Source: Actinomycetota bacterium (GTDB lineage: Bacteria; Actinomycetota; UBA4738; HRBIN12). From it: a stretch of 60,997 bases of DNA. The stretch's first letter is position 1. Every line of letters begins with the position of its first letter. This document shows, one piece after another, positions 1 through 8,480 of this stretch. Both the position numbers and the translations under genes were made by a program. The notes under the pieces were generated by a model, which saw only the letters and a list, made by a program, of their open reading frames with translations, was not told the DNA's origin and did no database searches. The DNA lies in contig JBEVGU010000101.1 of assembly GCA_040511595.1 (NCBI GenBank), positions 1 to 60,997 of the forward strand, in the 5' to 3' direction.

Positions 1-1144
1 CCTGGAGCCACGCCACGAACCGATCGGCGATCGTGGGCCAGGTGTGGTTGCGCAGCACGCGCGCTCGGCCCGCCTCGCCCATGGCCCGAGCCCGGAGGGG
101 ATCGGCGAGCAGGTCGGCTACGGCCGTCGCGACGGCGTCGAAGTCGCGGCCGTCGACGAGGATGCCGGTCTCGCCGTCCACCAGGGCCTCACTCGCGCCG
201 CCGGAGTCCCCGACGACCACCGGCCTCGCACACGCCGCCGCTTCGATGAACACGTTGCCCCAACCCTCGACCTCCATACCGGCGAGCCTCGTCCGACAGG
301 GCATCGCGAACACGTCGCCCATCGCGTAGTACCGGGGCAGGTCCTGCTCGGAGACCTGTCCCGCGAACACGACCGAGCCCTCCGGCGCCGCGCCGGCCAG
401 CTCGCGGAGTCGCCCTTCGTGCGGCCCGCCGCCCACGATCACCAGGACCGCGCCCGGCACTCGCCTCCGCACCTGGTCCATGCCCCTGATCAAGACGTCC
501 TGGCCCTTGCGGGCGACCAGCCGGCTCACGCAGACGACGAGCGGCGCCTCGCCGAGGCCGTGGCGCTCCCGGAGGTCCCCGGTTGGAAGGTCGGGGCGGA
601 ACAGCTCGGCATCGGCGCCCGGGTACAGGACCGAGACCGGTACCCCGCGAGGCACAGCCGTGCGCACCGTTCGGGCGATGAACGCGCTGCACATGACCGG
701 CACGCGAGCGGCGCGCGAGGTCGCGTAGCGCATCGCGGCATGGGTGCCGGGCGCGATCGACAACCAGTACTCGAACCCGTGAGCGGCGGGCAGGTACGGG
801 AAGCCTCGGGCGGCCAGCCGCGGCCCCAGCATCGCCAACGGGTACGTGGCGCCGAACGTGATCACCTCGGCCCCGACCTCGCGGGCAGCCGCCTCGACAC
901 GCGAGGCGACACCCGGGGTGGGCCAGAGGAAACCTCCGGGCTGGCGGAAGACGCGGTAGGCGAGGTGGTCGTCGAAGGCCGCGGCGTCGTCCGACCCCGG
1001 GCAGAACACCGAGATCCGGTCGGCCGGCAACTCCTTCACCAGCGCTTCGAGGGTTCGCTGGATGCCGCCGACCCGCGGCGGGTAGTCGTTGGTCACGAGC
1101 AGGGTGCGAGGGACGTCCACGGCGCCGATATCCTGCCAGAGCAT
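1..1144 (-). CDS. GT4-family (GT-B) glycosyltransferase, PimB-like. The C-terminal end lies beyond the left window edge.
   Basis: Absent from the ORF track because no stop lies in the window. My reverse-strand translation from ATG (complement of 1142-1144) reads MLWQDIGAVDVPRTLLVTNDYPPRVGGIQRTLEALV...VSRLVARKGQDVLI...VEGWGNVFIEAAACARPVVVGDSGGASEALVDGETGILV. An alternative GTG start lies at 1120. Confidence 0.8.
   Translation of the reverse strand, partial: MLWQDIGAVDVPRTLLVTNDYPPRVGGIQRTLEALVKELPADRISVFCPGSDDAAAFDDHLAYRVFRQPGGFLWPTPGVASRVEAAAREVGAEVITFGATYPLAMLGPRLAARGFPYLPAAHGFEYWLSIAPGTHAAMRYATSRAARVPVMCSAFIARTVRTAVPRGVPVSVLYPGADAELFRPDLPTGDLRERHGLGEAPLVVCVSRLVARKGQDVLIRGMDQVRRRVPGAVLVIVGGGPHEGRLRELAGAAPEGSVVFAGQVSEQDLPRYYAMGDVFAMPCRTRLAGMEVEGWGNVFIEAAACARPVVVGDSGGASEALVDGETGILVDGRDFDAVATAVADLLADPLRARAMGEAGRARVLRNHTWPTIADRFVAWLQ
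1129..1134 (+). promoter_or_regulatory. -10-like hexamer TATCCT, 8 nt upstream of the ygfZ ATG (leaderless-type)
   Basis: TAnnnT hexamer with no SD between it and ATG 1143. It lies inside the 5' end of the divergent GT4 gene if that gene starts at 1144. Confidence 0.3.
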
Positions 1145-2012
1145 GCCGCCACTCACCGCGCCCACAGATGAGCTCACCGCACTGGCCCAGGGACGGGCAT
1201 GGATCGACTTGTCCGATCATCGACGGGTGCTGGTCACGGGCGCCGACGCGCGCCGCTGGCTCCACGACCTCGTCACGACCGACGTGGACTCGCTCCGGGC
1301 CGGCGACTCGCGCCGCACGCTGCTCCTCGACCCGACCGGACACATCCGCTGCGACCTGCACGTGGCGTTCGACGGCTCCGGGTTCTGGCTGCTGCAGGCT
1401 CCCGAGCAGGACGAGCACGTCGCGGCCGCGCTCAGCCCCTACGTGCTGTCGTCGGACGTTCGGGTCGAGGACCGGTCGTCGCAGACCTCGCTGATCGCCC
1501 TGCCGGGCGGGTCGCCGAGTGAAGGCTGGGGGCGCCTGCACCCGTCCGTGCTGGGGGGCGGAAGTGACCTCCTCGGTTCCGTCCCCACCGCTCGCCCACC
1601 GGACGGCAGGCAGGCGGTCGGCGCGGTGGCTGCGGAGGTGTGGCGCATCCTTCGAGGCGTGCCCCGCATGGGTCCGGACTTCGACCGCCGGTCGATCCCG
1701 GCGGAGGCCGGGATGCTCGAGACGATCGACAGCACGAAGGGATGCTTCCTCGGCCAGGAATCGGTCGCCAGGGTGAACAACCTTGGTCACCCTCCGGGCG
1801 TGCTGCTGCATCTCGCCGCCGACGGACCGGTGGAAGCCGGGAGCACCGTCCTCGACGACCGCGGCGACGAGGTCGGCGAGGTCACCAGCGCCGCGCGCGA
1901 CCATGCGGGGCAGGACACCTCGCTCCTGGCCCGGATCCGATGGCACGCTCGCGACGGATCGCTCCGCAGCGAGGGCGGTGTGGAGCTGCGTCCCGTCGGC
2001 CCATCGGACTAG
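1143..2012 (+). CDS. ygfZ: YgfZ-type folate-binding protein (GcvT fold; Fe-S cluster repair / tRNA modification family)
   Basis: ORF 1089..2012 trimmed to in-frame ATG 1143. Motifs: WIDLSDHRRVLVTGADARRWLHDLVTTDV and C-terminal KGCFLGQESVARV. Confidence 0.8.
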   Translation: MPPLTAPTDELTALAQGRAWIDLSDHRRVLVTGADARRWLHDLVTTDVDSLRAGDSRRTLLLDPTGHIRCDLHVAFDGSGFWLLQAPEQDEHVAAALSPYVLSSDVRVEDRSSQTSLIALPGGSPSEGWGRLHPSVLGGGSDLLGSVPTARPPDGRQAVGAVAAEVWRILRGVPRMGPDFDRRSIPAEAGMLETIDSTKGCFLGQESVARVNNLGHPPGVLLHLAADGPVEAGSTVLDDRGDEVGEVTSAARDHAGQDTSLLARIRWHARDGSLRSEGGVELRPVGPSD

Positions 2013-2161
2013 CCCGTTCGGGTCATTTCGCGTCCCCCCGCTGTCCTATCTTGCGATGCAGGCGTTCGACCCCTTTCGCTGATGCCTGTGCCTCTGCTAT
2101 GAATCGTGTCCCGCGGCTCGATTCCTCGCCCGCGGGTCGCTCCGAGGGGGAGGAACGGTCA

Positions 2162-2440
2162 GTGAGGATCGAGCGGTTTCCGAACGTCGACGTCAGCATC
2201 CTTCCGCCGAACCCCTCACCCCCGGACTACTGGCAAGAACGGGCCGCATGCTTCGGCGTCGACCCCGACCTCTTCTTCCCGATCTCCGAGGAGGAAGCCG
2301 GCCCCGCCCTCACGTTCTGCAACACGTGCAGGATCCGCGAGGAGTGCCTGGCATGGGCCCTGAAGAACGGCGAGCGGTACGGCGTCTGGGGTGGGCTCAC
2401 CGAGCAGCAACGCCGGCGCCTGCAGCGCCAAGTGGCCTGA
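2162..2440 (+). CDS. WhiB-family Fe-S transcriptional regulator
   Basis: 3' part of ORF 1640..2440. GTG 2162 is preceded by GGGGAGGAA. Four Cys (AACFG ... FCNTCRIREEC) and the GVWGG turn are present. Confidence 0.9.
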   Translation: MRIERFPNVDVSILPPNPSPPDYWQERAACFGVDPDLFFPISEEEAGPALTFCNTCRIREECLAWALKNGERYGVWGGLTEQQRRRLQRQVA

Positions 2441-2457
2441 AGCCGGGACGGCGGCCG

Positions 2458-2463
2458 TAGACT
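2458..2463 (+). promoter_or_regulatory. -10 hexamer TAGACT, 6 nt upstream of GTG 2470 (leaderless-type promoter)
   Basis: TAGACT-GGCCGC-GTG with no SD. Coordinates were checked against overlapping ORF-track translations. Confidence 0.45.
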
Positions 2464-2469
2464 GGCCGC

Positions 2470-3528
2470 GTGCCGAGGCAGCCACATCACGCCACGCCGG
2501 TCCAGGCGCTCGCCCCGCTCCGCATCAGCTTCGTGGGAGGCGGCACGGACTTCCCGCACTGGTTCGAGGAACACGGTGGCGCCGTGCTCTCGACCACGAT
2601 CGACCACTACGTGCGCGTGACCGTCGCCCCGCGCGCCGATCGGCACGTGCGGGTTCGATCCCTCGACCTCGGCGACCTCGTGGAGTACCACCTCGACGAG
2701 GGGCCCGAGTACGACGGCGTGCTGGACCTCGCCAAGGCGGCGATCGAGCGGGCGGGCCACGACGAGGGTCTCGACGTCGACATCGAGTCCGAGGCGCCGC
2801 CCGGCAGCGGGCTGGGTGGCTCCTCCGCGCTCGTCATCGGAGTCGTCGCGGCGCTCGCCTGTCTCGGCGAGCGGTCGCTCACACCTGAAGAGGCCGCCCG
2901 CATCTCCTACGCGATCGAGCGAGACGATCTCGGCATCGCGGGGGGCTGGCAGGATCAGTACGCCGCCGCCTTCGGCGGGTTCAACCTGATCGAGTTCGGG
3001 CCCTCCGGTGCCCGGGTGACGCCCGTCGACGTCACCCCGGACGGCCTCGAGGAGCTCCGCAAGCACCTGTTGCTCTGCTACACGGGCACGGTGCGGCGCA
3101 ACGTCGGCTTGATCGACCGCCAGATCGACCTCTTCCGATCCGGTCGCGAGGAGACCCTTCTCGGCATGAAGCAGCTGAGCGAGATGGCCTACTCGATGCG
3201 CGACGCGGTCGAGTCGGGCGACATCGTGAGGCTCGCCGTCATGCTGCGCGAGGCGTTCGAGGCGAAGAAGCGCATGAATCCCCACATCGCGGAGCACACG
3301 CCCATCGATGCCATGCTCGAGGCCGCGTCCGCCGCGGGCGCGACCGGTGGCAAGATCTGCGGCGCCGGTGGCGGCGGCTACCTGCTGATCGCGGCTCCCC
3401 CCGAGGCCCGCGCCGCCGTCCGGACAGCGCTCGAGTCGCTGGGCGGACAGTTCGCTCCGTTCGAGGTCGAGCCCATGGGTGTCAGGGCGCGCCGGGGCGA
3501 TCGCCACTGGGCGCCCACCCGTCCATGA
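2470..3528 (+). CDS. GHMP-family sugar kinase, D-glycero-D-manno-heptose-7-phosphate kinase (HddA)-like
   Basis: ORF 2470..3528. Motifs: PLRISFVGGGTDFPHW, GHMP motif PPGSGLGGSSAL, C-terminal GAGGGGYLL. Confidence 0.8.
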   Translation: MPRQPHHATPVQALAPLRISFVGGGTDFPHWFEEHGGAVLSTTIDHYVRVTVAPRADRHVRVRSLDLGDLVEYHLDEGPEYDGVLDLAKAAIERAGHDEGLDVDIESEAPPGSGLGGSSALVIGVVAALACLGERSLTPEEAARISYAIERDDLGIAGGWQDQYAAAFGGFNLIEFGPSGARVTPVDVTPDGLEELRKHLLLCYTGTVRRNVGLIDRQIDLFRSGREETLLGMKQLSEMAYSMRDAVESGDIVRLAVMLREAFEAKKRMNPHIAEHTPIDAMLEAASAAGATGGKICGAGGGGYLLIAAPPEARAAVRTALESLGGQFAPFEVEPMGVRARRGDRHWAPTRP

Positions 3529-3537
3529 CGCTCTCGC

Positions 3538-3567
3538 GCGCGGTGACCGCGGATATCATCACCGCGC
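3538..3567. repeat. Perfect 9-bp inverted repeat GCGCGGTGA-N12-TCACCGCGC between the kinase and gmhA
   Basis: Arms at 3538-3546 and 3559-3567. The loop contains GATATC, and the -10-like TATCAT (3554-3559) spans the loop/right-arm boundary. Could be an operator or an RNA hairpin. Confidence 0.5.
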
Positions 3568-3586
3568 CCGTCGGTCAGGAGACCGG

Positions 3587-4180
3587 GTGACCAACGACGA
3601 TCGCGCCGCCGCACGGACGTATCTGCTGGAAGCCGCCGAGACGCTTCACCGCGTCGAGGCCGAGTGCCTCGACGACGTCGTGCGCGCGGCGGCCGTGCTC
3701 ACCACCTCGCTCGGAAACGGCGGGAAGCTCCTGATCTGTGGCAACGGGGGCAGCGCTGCCGACGCCCAGCACCTGGCCGCCGAGTTCGTGAGCACGCTCA
3801 CGATCGACCATCCTCGCCCGCCGATCCCCGCGGTCGCGCTCACGACCGACACGTCGCTGCTCACGGCGATCGCGAACGACTTCGGTGTCGAGGGCATGTT
3901 CGCCCGCCAGGTCGAGGCGCTCGGCCGGAGTGGCGACGTGCTCATCGCGATCTCCACGAGCGGCAACTCTGCCAACGTCGTGCGCGCGGCCGAACAGGCA
4001 CGGTCACACGACGCCCGGGTGGTCGCCTTGACCGGTGCCTCGGGCGGGGCGCTCGCGCCGCTCGCCGACGTGGCGATCCGCGTGCCGTCGACCGTCACCG
4101 CCCACATCCAGGAGTCCCACCTCGCGATCGAGCAGCTGCTGGCGCTGCTCGTCGAACGAGCGATGTACCCCGCCGGTTGA
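3587..4180 (+). CDS. gmhA: Phosphoheptose (sedoheptulose-7-phosphate) isomerase, SIS domain
   Basis: 3' part of ORF 3479..4180 from GTG 3587 (AGGAG at 3577-3581). Motifs: LICGNGGSAADAQHLAAE, AISTSGNS, HIQESH. Confidence 0.85.
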   Translation: MTNDDRAAARTYLLEAAETLHRVEAECLDDVVRAAAVLTTSLGNGGKLLICGNGGSAADAQHLAAEFVSTLTIDHPRPPIPAVALTTDTSLLTAIANDFGVEGMFARQVEALGRSGDVLIAISTSGNSANVVRAAEQARSHDARVVALTGASGGALAPLADVAIRVPSTVTAHIQESHLAIEQLLALLVERAMYPAG

Positions 4181-4259
4181 GGTGGACCCGAGCGCGAACG
4201 CTCCCGTGTCGGTGGCGACCGTCACCATCACGGCGTGACTCCATCCCCGTGGCGCACGC

Positions 4260-4288
4260 TTGACCATCGAACACCTGTTCGATACCCT
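4260..4288 (+). promoter_or_regulatory. Promoter TTGACC-N17-TACCCT for the exonuclease/GIY-YIG gene
   Basis: -35 TTGACC (4260-4265), 17-nt spacer, -10 TACCCT (4283-4288). It lies about 40 nt upstream of GTG 4328. Confidence 0.5.
4267..4282. promoter_or_regulatory. LexA (SOS) box TCGAAC-ACCT-GTTCGA
   Basis: Perfect palindrome matching the Gram-positive/actinobacterial SOS box consensus TCGAAC-N4-GTTCGA. It fills the spacer between the -35 and -10 elements. Confidence 0.65.
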
Positions 4289-4327
4289 CAGGCTCCCGTT
4301 CGGCCCCTGCCGACGGAGGCGACGCCC

Positions 4328-5995
4328 GTGCAGGCCGAACCGACGCAGACCACCCTGGAACTCGGCGTGCCGCTGTCCGAAGTCACCTTCTGCGTCGTCG
4401 ACCTCGAGACCACCGGTGGCTCTCCGATCGACGACGCGATCACCGAGATCGGCGCCGTGATGTACCGCGGAGGCGAGCGGCTCGGCTCGTTCCGCTCCCT
4501 CGTCGATCCTAGGCGGCCGATCCCGCCCTACGTCGCGCACCTCACCGGCATCGACGATCGCCTCGTCTCGGGCGAGCCTCCGATCGAGCAGGTGCTGCCG
4601 AGCTTCCTGGAGTTCTTCGGCGGGTCGGTCTTCGTGGCGCACAACGCGGGCTTCGACTTCGGGTTCCTGAACGCGAGCTGCGGCCTGCTCGACTACCCGA
4701 CGTTGCCGGGCCCGCCCGTGTGCACCGCCCGGCTCGCGCGTCGCGTGGTCTGGCCCGACGTACCGAACGTCAAGCTCGCCACGCTCTCGAGCTACTTCCG
4801 GACGCGAGCGAGGCCGACGCACCGTGCGCTCGACGACGCGGAGGCCTGCGCCGAGGTGCTGCACGGCCTGCTCGACCTCGGTGGCCGCCTGGGCATCCTC
4901 ACCCTGGGCGATCTCGAGGAAGCCTTGAGGGCTCGCGGACGCCCGAACTTCGGCAAGATCCGGCTCGCCGACGACCTCCCCCACGCGCCGGGCGTCTACC
5001 TCTTCCGGGGCCGCGACGGGCAGGTGCTCTACGTCGGCAAGGCCAACGACCTCCGCACCCGGGTGAAGTCGTACTTCTACGGCGACGAGCGCAAGAAGAT
5101 CGTGAACCTCCTCGACGAGGTCCGGTCGGTCGAGGGCATCCGGTGCGACGGCGAGCTGGAGGCCCTCGTCGTCGAGGCGCGCCTGATCCGGCGTCACGAG
5201 CCCAAGTACAACCGGCGTGGGAAGACCTGGCGCCGCGGCGCCTACCTCGCCCTCGATCTCACCGACGCGTGGCCCCGCTTGAAGGTCGTGCGAGCGCCCA
5301 AGCCCGGCGAAGGCCGGCACTACCTCGGTCCGTTCGGCACCTCGGCGCGGGCTCGCCTCGCCAAGGAGGCGCTCGAGGAGACCGTGCCGATCCGCCGGTG
5401 CACCACCTCGATGGGCATCACGACCAGGTTCGCGCCCTGCGCCCTCGCCGACATGGGCCGATGCGTTGCCCCGTGCGACGGGCGCATCGATCCCGAGCGT
5501 TACGGAGAGCTCGTCCGGTGGCTCGCCTCCTCCCTGAGCACCAGCCCGGGCGAGCTCCTCGAAGCGCTCGAACGCCGCATGTCCTCGCTGGCCGAGGCCG
5601 AGCGGTACGAGGAGGCGGCATCGGTTCGCGATCGGTTGCACGCGCTCGCCGAAGGGCTGTGGCGGATGCGCGTCGATGGCTGGATCGTCGGTGCCGGGCG
5701 ACTCGAGCTCCTCGCCGGCCCGGGCAGGGTGATGCGGTTCGAGGGCGGGTCGCTCTCAGCCGCGTCCGGTGGCGTCGACGACGCACCGCTCGACCTGCCG
5801 TGTCCGCGAGACCGGGCCGACGAGCTTGGCGCGGTGCGATCGTGGGTCGCGAAGCATCGTCCGCAGGTCGAGGCGTGCGGCCGTGCCCCCGCCGAACCGG
5901 TCGACGGCGGGGCGGCGCTGGCGCGCGTGCTCGCCCGCATGCGCGAGGCGTCGTCGAACGCCCCTCGCCGGGGCCGCCGCAGCGCCCCCGGCTAG
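4328..5995 (+). CDS. DEDD (DnaQ/epsilon-like) 3'-5' exonuclease fused to a GIY-YIG / UvrC-Cho-like nuclease
   Basis: ORF 4235..5995 trimmed to GTG 4328 (GGAGG at 4315-4319). Motifs: VVDLETTG, HNAGFDFGFL, HRALDDA, then GVYLFRGRDGQVLYVGKA. Confidence 0.85.
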   Translation: MQAEPTQTTLELGVPLSEVTFCVVDLETTGGSPIDDAITEIGAVMYRGGERLGSFRSLVDPRRPIPPYVAHLTGIDDRLVSGEPPIEQVLPSFLEFFGGSVFVAHNAGFDFGFLNASCGLLDYPTLPGPPVCTARLARRVVWPDVPNVKLATLSSYFRTRARPTHRALDDAEACAEVLHGLLDLGGRLGILTLGDLEEALRARGRPNFGKIRLADDLPHAPGVYLFRGRDGQVLYVGKANDLRTRVKSYFYGDERKKIVNLLDEVRSVEGIRCDGELEALVVEARLIRRHEPKYNRRGKTWRRGAYLALDLTDAWPRLKVVRAPKPGEGRHYLGPFGTSARARLAKEALEETVPIRRCTTSMGITTRFAPCALADMGRCVAPCDGRIDPERYGELVRWLASSLSTSPGELLEALERRMSSLAEAERYEEAASVRDRLHALAEGLWRMRVDGWIVGAGRLELLAGPGRVMRFEGGSLSAASGGVDDAPLDLPCPRDRADELGAVRSWVAKHRPQVEACGRAPAEPVDGGAALARVLARMREASSNAPRRGRRSAPG

Positions 5996-5998
5996 ACT
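5993..5998 (+). promoter_or_regulatory. -10 hexamer TAGACT, 7 nt upstream of ATG 6006 (leaderless-type)
   Basis: TAGACT-GGTCCGC-ATG. The hexamer overlaps the upstream gene's TAG stop. Confidence 0.4.
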
Positions 5999-6005
5999 GG
6001 TCCGC

Positions 6006-7178
6006 ATGGAACGAGCGGTCATCGTAGAAGGCGCGCGCACGCCGGTCGGGAGGTTTCTCGGCTCGTTCGCCGAAACCCCGGCGGTTCAGCTCGGCGAGCT
6101 CGCCGCCAAGGAGGCCCTGCGGCGCGCCGGCGTCGCCGCCGATCAGGTCGACCAGACGATCGTCGGCCACGCGCGCCAGGCCGGCAACGGCCCCAACACC
6201 GGTCGGCAGGTCAGCATCCGCGCGGGCGTGCGCGAGGACGTGAGCGCCTACAACGTCAACATCGCCTGCGGATCGGGCATGAAGGCGGCCCAGCTCGGGG
6301 CGCAGCAGATCGTGCTCGGAGAGAGCGAGGTGGTGCTCGCCGGCGGCATCGAGAACATGACCCGCGTGCCGTACCTGCTTCCCGACATGCGGCTCGGGCA
6401 CCGGCTCGGCAACACCCAGGCCGTCGACGCGATGTACCGCGACGGGCTGCTCGATCCGCTCTGCGGGCTGATCATGGGCGAGACCGCCGAGAACCTCGTC
6501 GACAGCTACGGCATCTCCCGCCAGGAACAGGACGAGTTCGCGCTGCGGTCTCAGCGGCAGGCGCAGGCCGGAGCCGCGAGACGCGCCGCGGAGATGTTCC
6601 CGGTCGAGGCCACCCTCGGCCGCACGACGGTCACGGTCACCGACGACGAGCACCCACGGCCCGATTCCTCGATGGAGTCGCTCGCCAAGCTCACGCCCGT
6701 GTTCCGGGAGGGCGGCAGCGTCACCGCCGGAAACTCGAGCGGGCTCACCGACGGCGCGGCAGCGCTCGTGCTCATGAGCGAGTCGCGCGCGAAAGCCGAG
6801 GGGCGCGAGCCACTCGCGGCGATCGCCGCGATGTCGTGGGCCGGCGTGCCGCCCGAGATCATGGGCATCGGCCCGGTGCCGGCGACCCAGAAGGTGATGG
6901 ATCGGCTGGGGTGCACGATCGACGACTTCGAGCTGATCGAGGTCAACGAGGCCTTCGCCGCGCAGGTGATCGCGTGCGAGCGCGAACTGAAGTTCGATCG
7001 CGATCGTCTCAACGTGAACGGTGGGGGCATCTCGGTCGGGCATCCGATCGGCATGAGCGGCGCGCGCATCATCCTGGCGCTCGCCTACGAGATGCGCGCC
7101 CGCGACCTGTCCCTGGGGCTCGCAACGTTGTGCATCTCGGGCGGACAGGGGCTCGCCGTCGTGTTGGAGCGCGCGTGA
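6006..7178 (+). CDS. Acetyl-CoA C-acetyltransferase (thiolase II)
   Basis: 3' part of ORF 5769..7178 from ATG 6006. Motifs: NIACGSGMKA, NVNGGGISVGHPIGMSG, CISGGQG. Confidence 0.9.
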   Translation: MERAVIVEGARTPVGRFLGSFAETPAVQLGELAAKEALRRAGVAADQVDQTIVGHARQAGNGPNTGRQVSIRAGVREDVSAYNVNIACGSGMKAAQLGAQQIVLGESEVVLAGGIENMTRVPYLLPDMRLGHRLGNTQAVDAMYRDGLLDPLCGLIMGETAENLVDSYGISRQEQDEFALRSQRQAQAGAARRAAEMFPVEATLGRTTVTVTDDEHPRPDSSMESLAKLTPVFREGGSVTAGNSSGLTDGAAALVLMSESRAKAEGREPLAAIAAMSWAGVPPEIMGIGPVPATQKVMDRLGCTIDDFELIEVNEAFAAQVIACERELKFDRDRLNVNGGGISVGHPIGMSGARIILALAYEMRARDLSLGLATLCISGGQGLAVVLERA

Positions 7179-7191
7179 GAGGAGCACGTCG

Positions 7192-7482
7192 ATGAGCGCC
7201 GTCCACGCCGTGGTCCTGATCCAGTGCGAGGTCGACGAGATCTCCGAGTCCGCGCAGGCGATCGCCGAGATCGACGGGGTGAGCGAGGTCTACTCCGTCG
7301 CCGGCGAGTTCGACCTCATCGCGATCGTGCGCGTGCCGGCGCACGACCAGCTCGCGACGGTCATCCCCGGTGGCATCGCCAAGGTCGAGGGCGTCGAGCG
7401 CACCGAGACCCTGATCAGCTTCCAGGTGTATTCGAAGCACGACCTGGAGCGCCTCTTCTCCCTCGGCTTCGACGAGGGCTGA
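7192..7482 (+). CDS. Lrp/AsnC-type ligand-binding domain protein (no HTH)
   Basis: ORF 7192..7482 with a GGAG SD 7 nt upstream. 96 aa with a single RAM-like domain pattern. Confidence 0.75.
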   Translation: MSAVHAVVLIQCEVDEISESAQAIAEIDGVSEVYSVAGEFDLIAIVRVPAHDQLATVIPGGIAKVEGVERTETLISFQVYSKHDLERLFSLGFDEG

Positions 7483-7489
7483 ACTCGCC

Positions 7490-7864
7490 TCAGATCAGCG
7501 ACGTGTAGCTCGTACCTGTGGGCCAGTCGAGGGCCACGACCAACGCGGAACGTCCCCATTCGGCGAGGTCATCGCCTCCCGACGCGTACTTCTCCAGCAT
7601 CAGGCGGCGCGCCGTGGCGTCTTCTTCGGTGCCGTCGTCGACCACGCGCGCCTTGGTGGTGCGCTTGCGGCCGCCGAGCTCAACCACCACGTCGGGTGAG
7701 GCCATGAGGTTGCGGACCCAGTCGCTCCGGTCACGGTCCCCCGCCATCAGGTAGATCGTCTCGTCGGCGAACACGAACCAGATCTCGATGCGATGGGGAT
7801 TCCCCGAGAGACGCCCGGTCGTCGTGAGGTGACAGAAGCCGAGCGATGCGATGTCGTCGGGCAT
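7490..7864 (-). CDS. Deazaflavin-dependent nitroreductase family / DUF385 (PNPOx-like split barrel)
   Basis: ORF 7490..7864. Motifs: HLTTTGRLSGNPHRIEIWF, DWVRNLMASPDVVVELGG. Last gene of the tightly packed minus-strand operon. Confidence 0.7.
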   Translation of the reverse strand: MPDDIASLGFCHLTTTGRLSGNPHRIEIWFVFADETIYLMAGDRDRSDWVRNLMASPDVVVELGGRKRTTKARVVDDGTEEDATARRLMLEKYASGGDDLAEWGRSALVVALDWPTGTSYTSLI

Positions 7865-7868
7865 CGGC

Positions 7869-7976
7869 CTACCAGATCGCCCAGATCACGAGCGCCGCGA
7901 TCACGACGAGCGCGCCGATGAAGATGGCCAGATCGGCCTTCTTCACCTTGCCCGGCTGTTGATAGTTGAATCCCAT
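7869..7976 (-). CDS. 35-aa single-helix membrane peptide (hypothetical)
   Basis: Below the ORF-track size cut-off. ATG 7976 lies 4 nt after the upstream stop (7981). Its TAG (7869-7871) lies 4 nt before the next ATG (7864). Sequence: MGFNYQQPGKVKKADLAIFIGALVVIAALVIWAIW. Confidence 0.45.
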   Translation of the reverse strand: MGFNYQQPGKVKKADLAIFIGALVVIAALVIWAIW

Positions 7977-7980
7977 GTCG

Positions 7981-8181
7981 CTAGAGACGGTAGTACTCGC
8001 GGAAGCGTTCCGGCGACAACCAGAAGATGTGCTGGCGCACCGTGGAAGCGTAGGTGCGCGCCTCGAGATGGTCGCGGCAGGCTCGTTCGCCCAGCACGGC
8101 CCCGGAGGCGTCGACGATCGTGACCCGCCAGCCTCCCGGCCCCTCGTGGAGCTCCACGCTGAGTCCGCTCTCGGAGCTCAT
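7981..8181 (-). CDS. 66-aa hypothetical protein
   Basis: 3' part of ORF 7981..8400 from ATG 8181; the upstream part of that ORF is Arg/Pro-rich and overlaps the next gene. Sequence: MSSESGLSVELHEGPGGWRVTIVDASGAVLGERACRDHLEARTYASTVRQHIFWLSPERFREYYRL. The pattern is only faintly YegP/DUF1508-like. Confidence 0.55.
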   Translation of the reverse strand: MSSESGLSVELHEGPGGWRVTIVDASGAVLGERACRDHLEARTYASTVRQHIFWLSPERFREYYRL

Positions 8182-8192
8182 CGACGCTCGGC

Positions 8193-8480
8193 TCAGCCCT
8201 GCTGCACCAGGTTCTGCTGGAGGCGCTTGAGATGAGACTCCAGGGGCCCCAGCACCGAGTCGTCGTCGAGGGTGAAGTCGGGCCGGAGATCGGCGATCTG
8301 CTCGAGAGCCTCCTCGAGCTTCGACCCCGCGATCTCGGCATCGCGAAGGGCGTTCACCAGCGTGATCGCGTAGTCCGGACTGTAGGGCTGCCCGTCCCAC
8401 GGGGACGCGCCTCCACTCGCGATGACCTGCTCGGCCATGAACTCACGCCCGCTCCGCTTGTCGATGCCCCTGATCTTCAC
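8193..8480 (-). CDS. 95-aa acidic helical hypothetical protein
   Basis: 3' part of ORF 8193..8585. GTG 8480 is preceded by AAGGAGA and overlaps the upstream stop in GTGA. No family recognised. Confidence 0.6.
   Translation of the reverse strand: MKIRGIDKRSGREFMAEQVIASGGASPWDGQPYSPDYAITLVNALRDAEIAGSKLEEALEQIADLRPDFTLDDDSVLGPLESHLKRLQQNLVQQG

Noticed and set aside
44-1946. ORFs 44..1171 (+) and 189..1946 (-)
   Set aside because: Both are Arg/Pro/Gly-rich. They overlap the GT4 gene (minus, a different frame from 189..1946) and ygfZ, which have clear family signatures.
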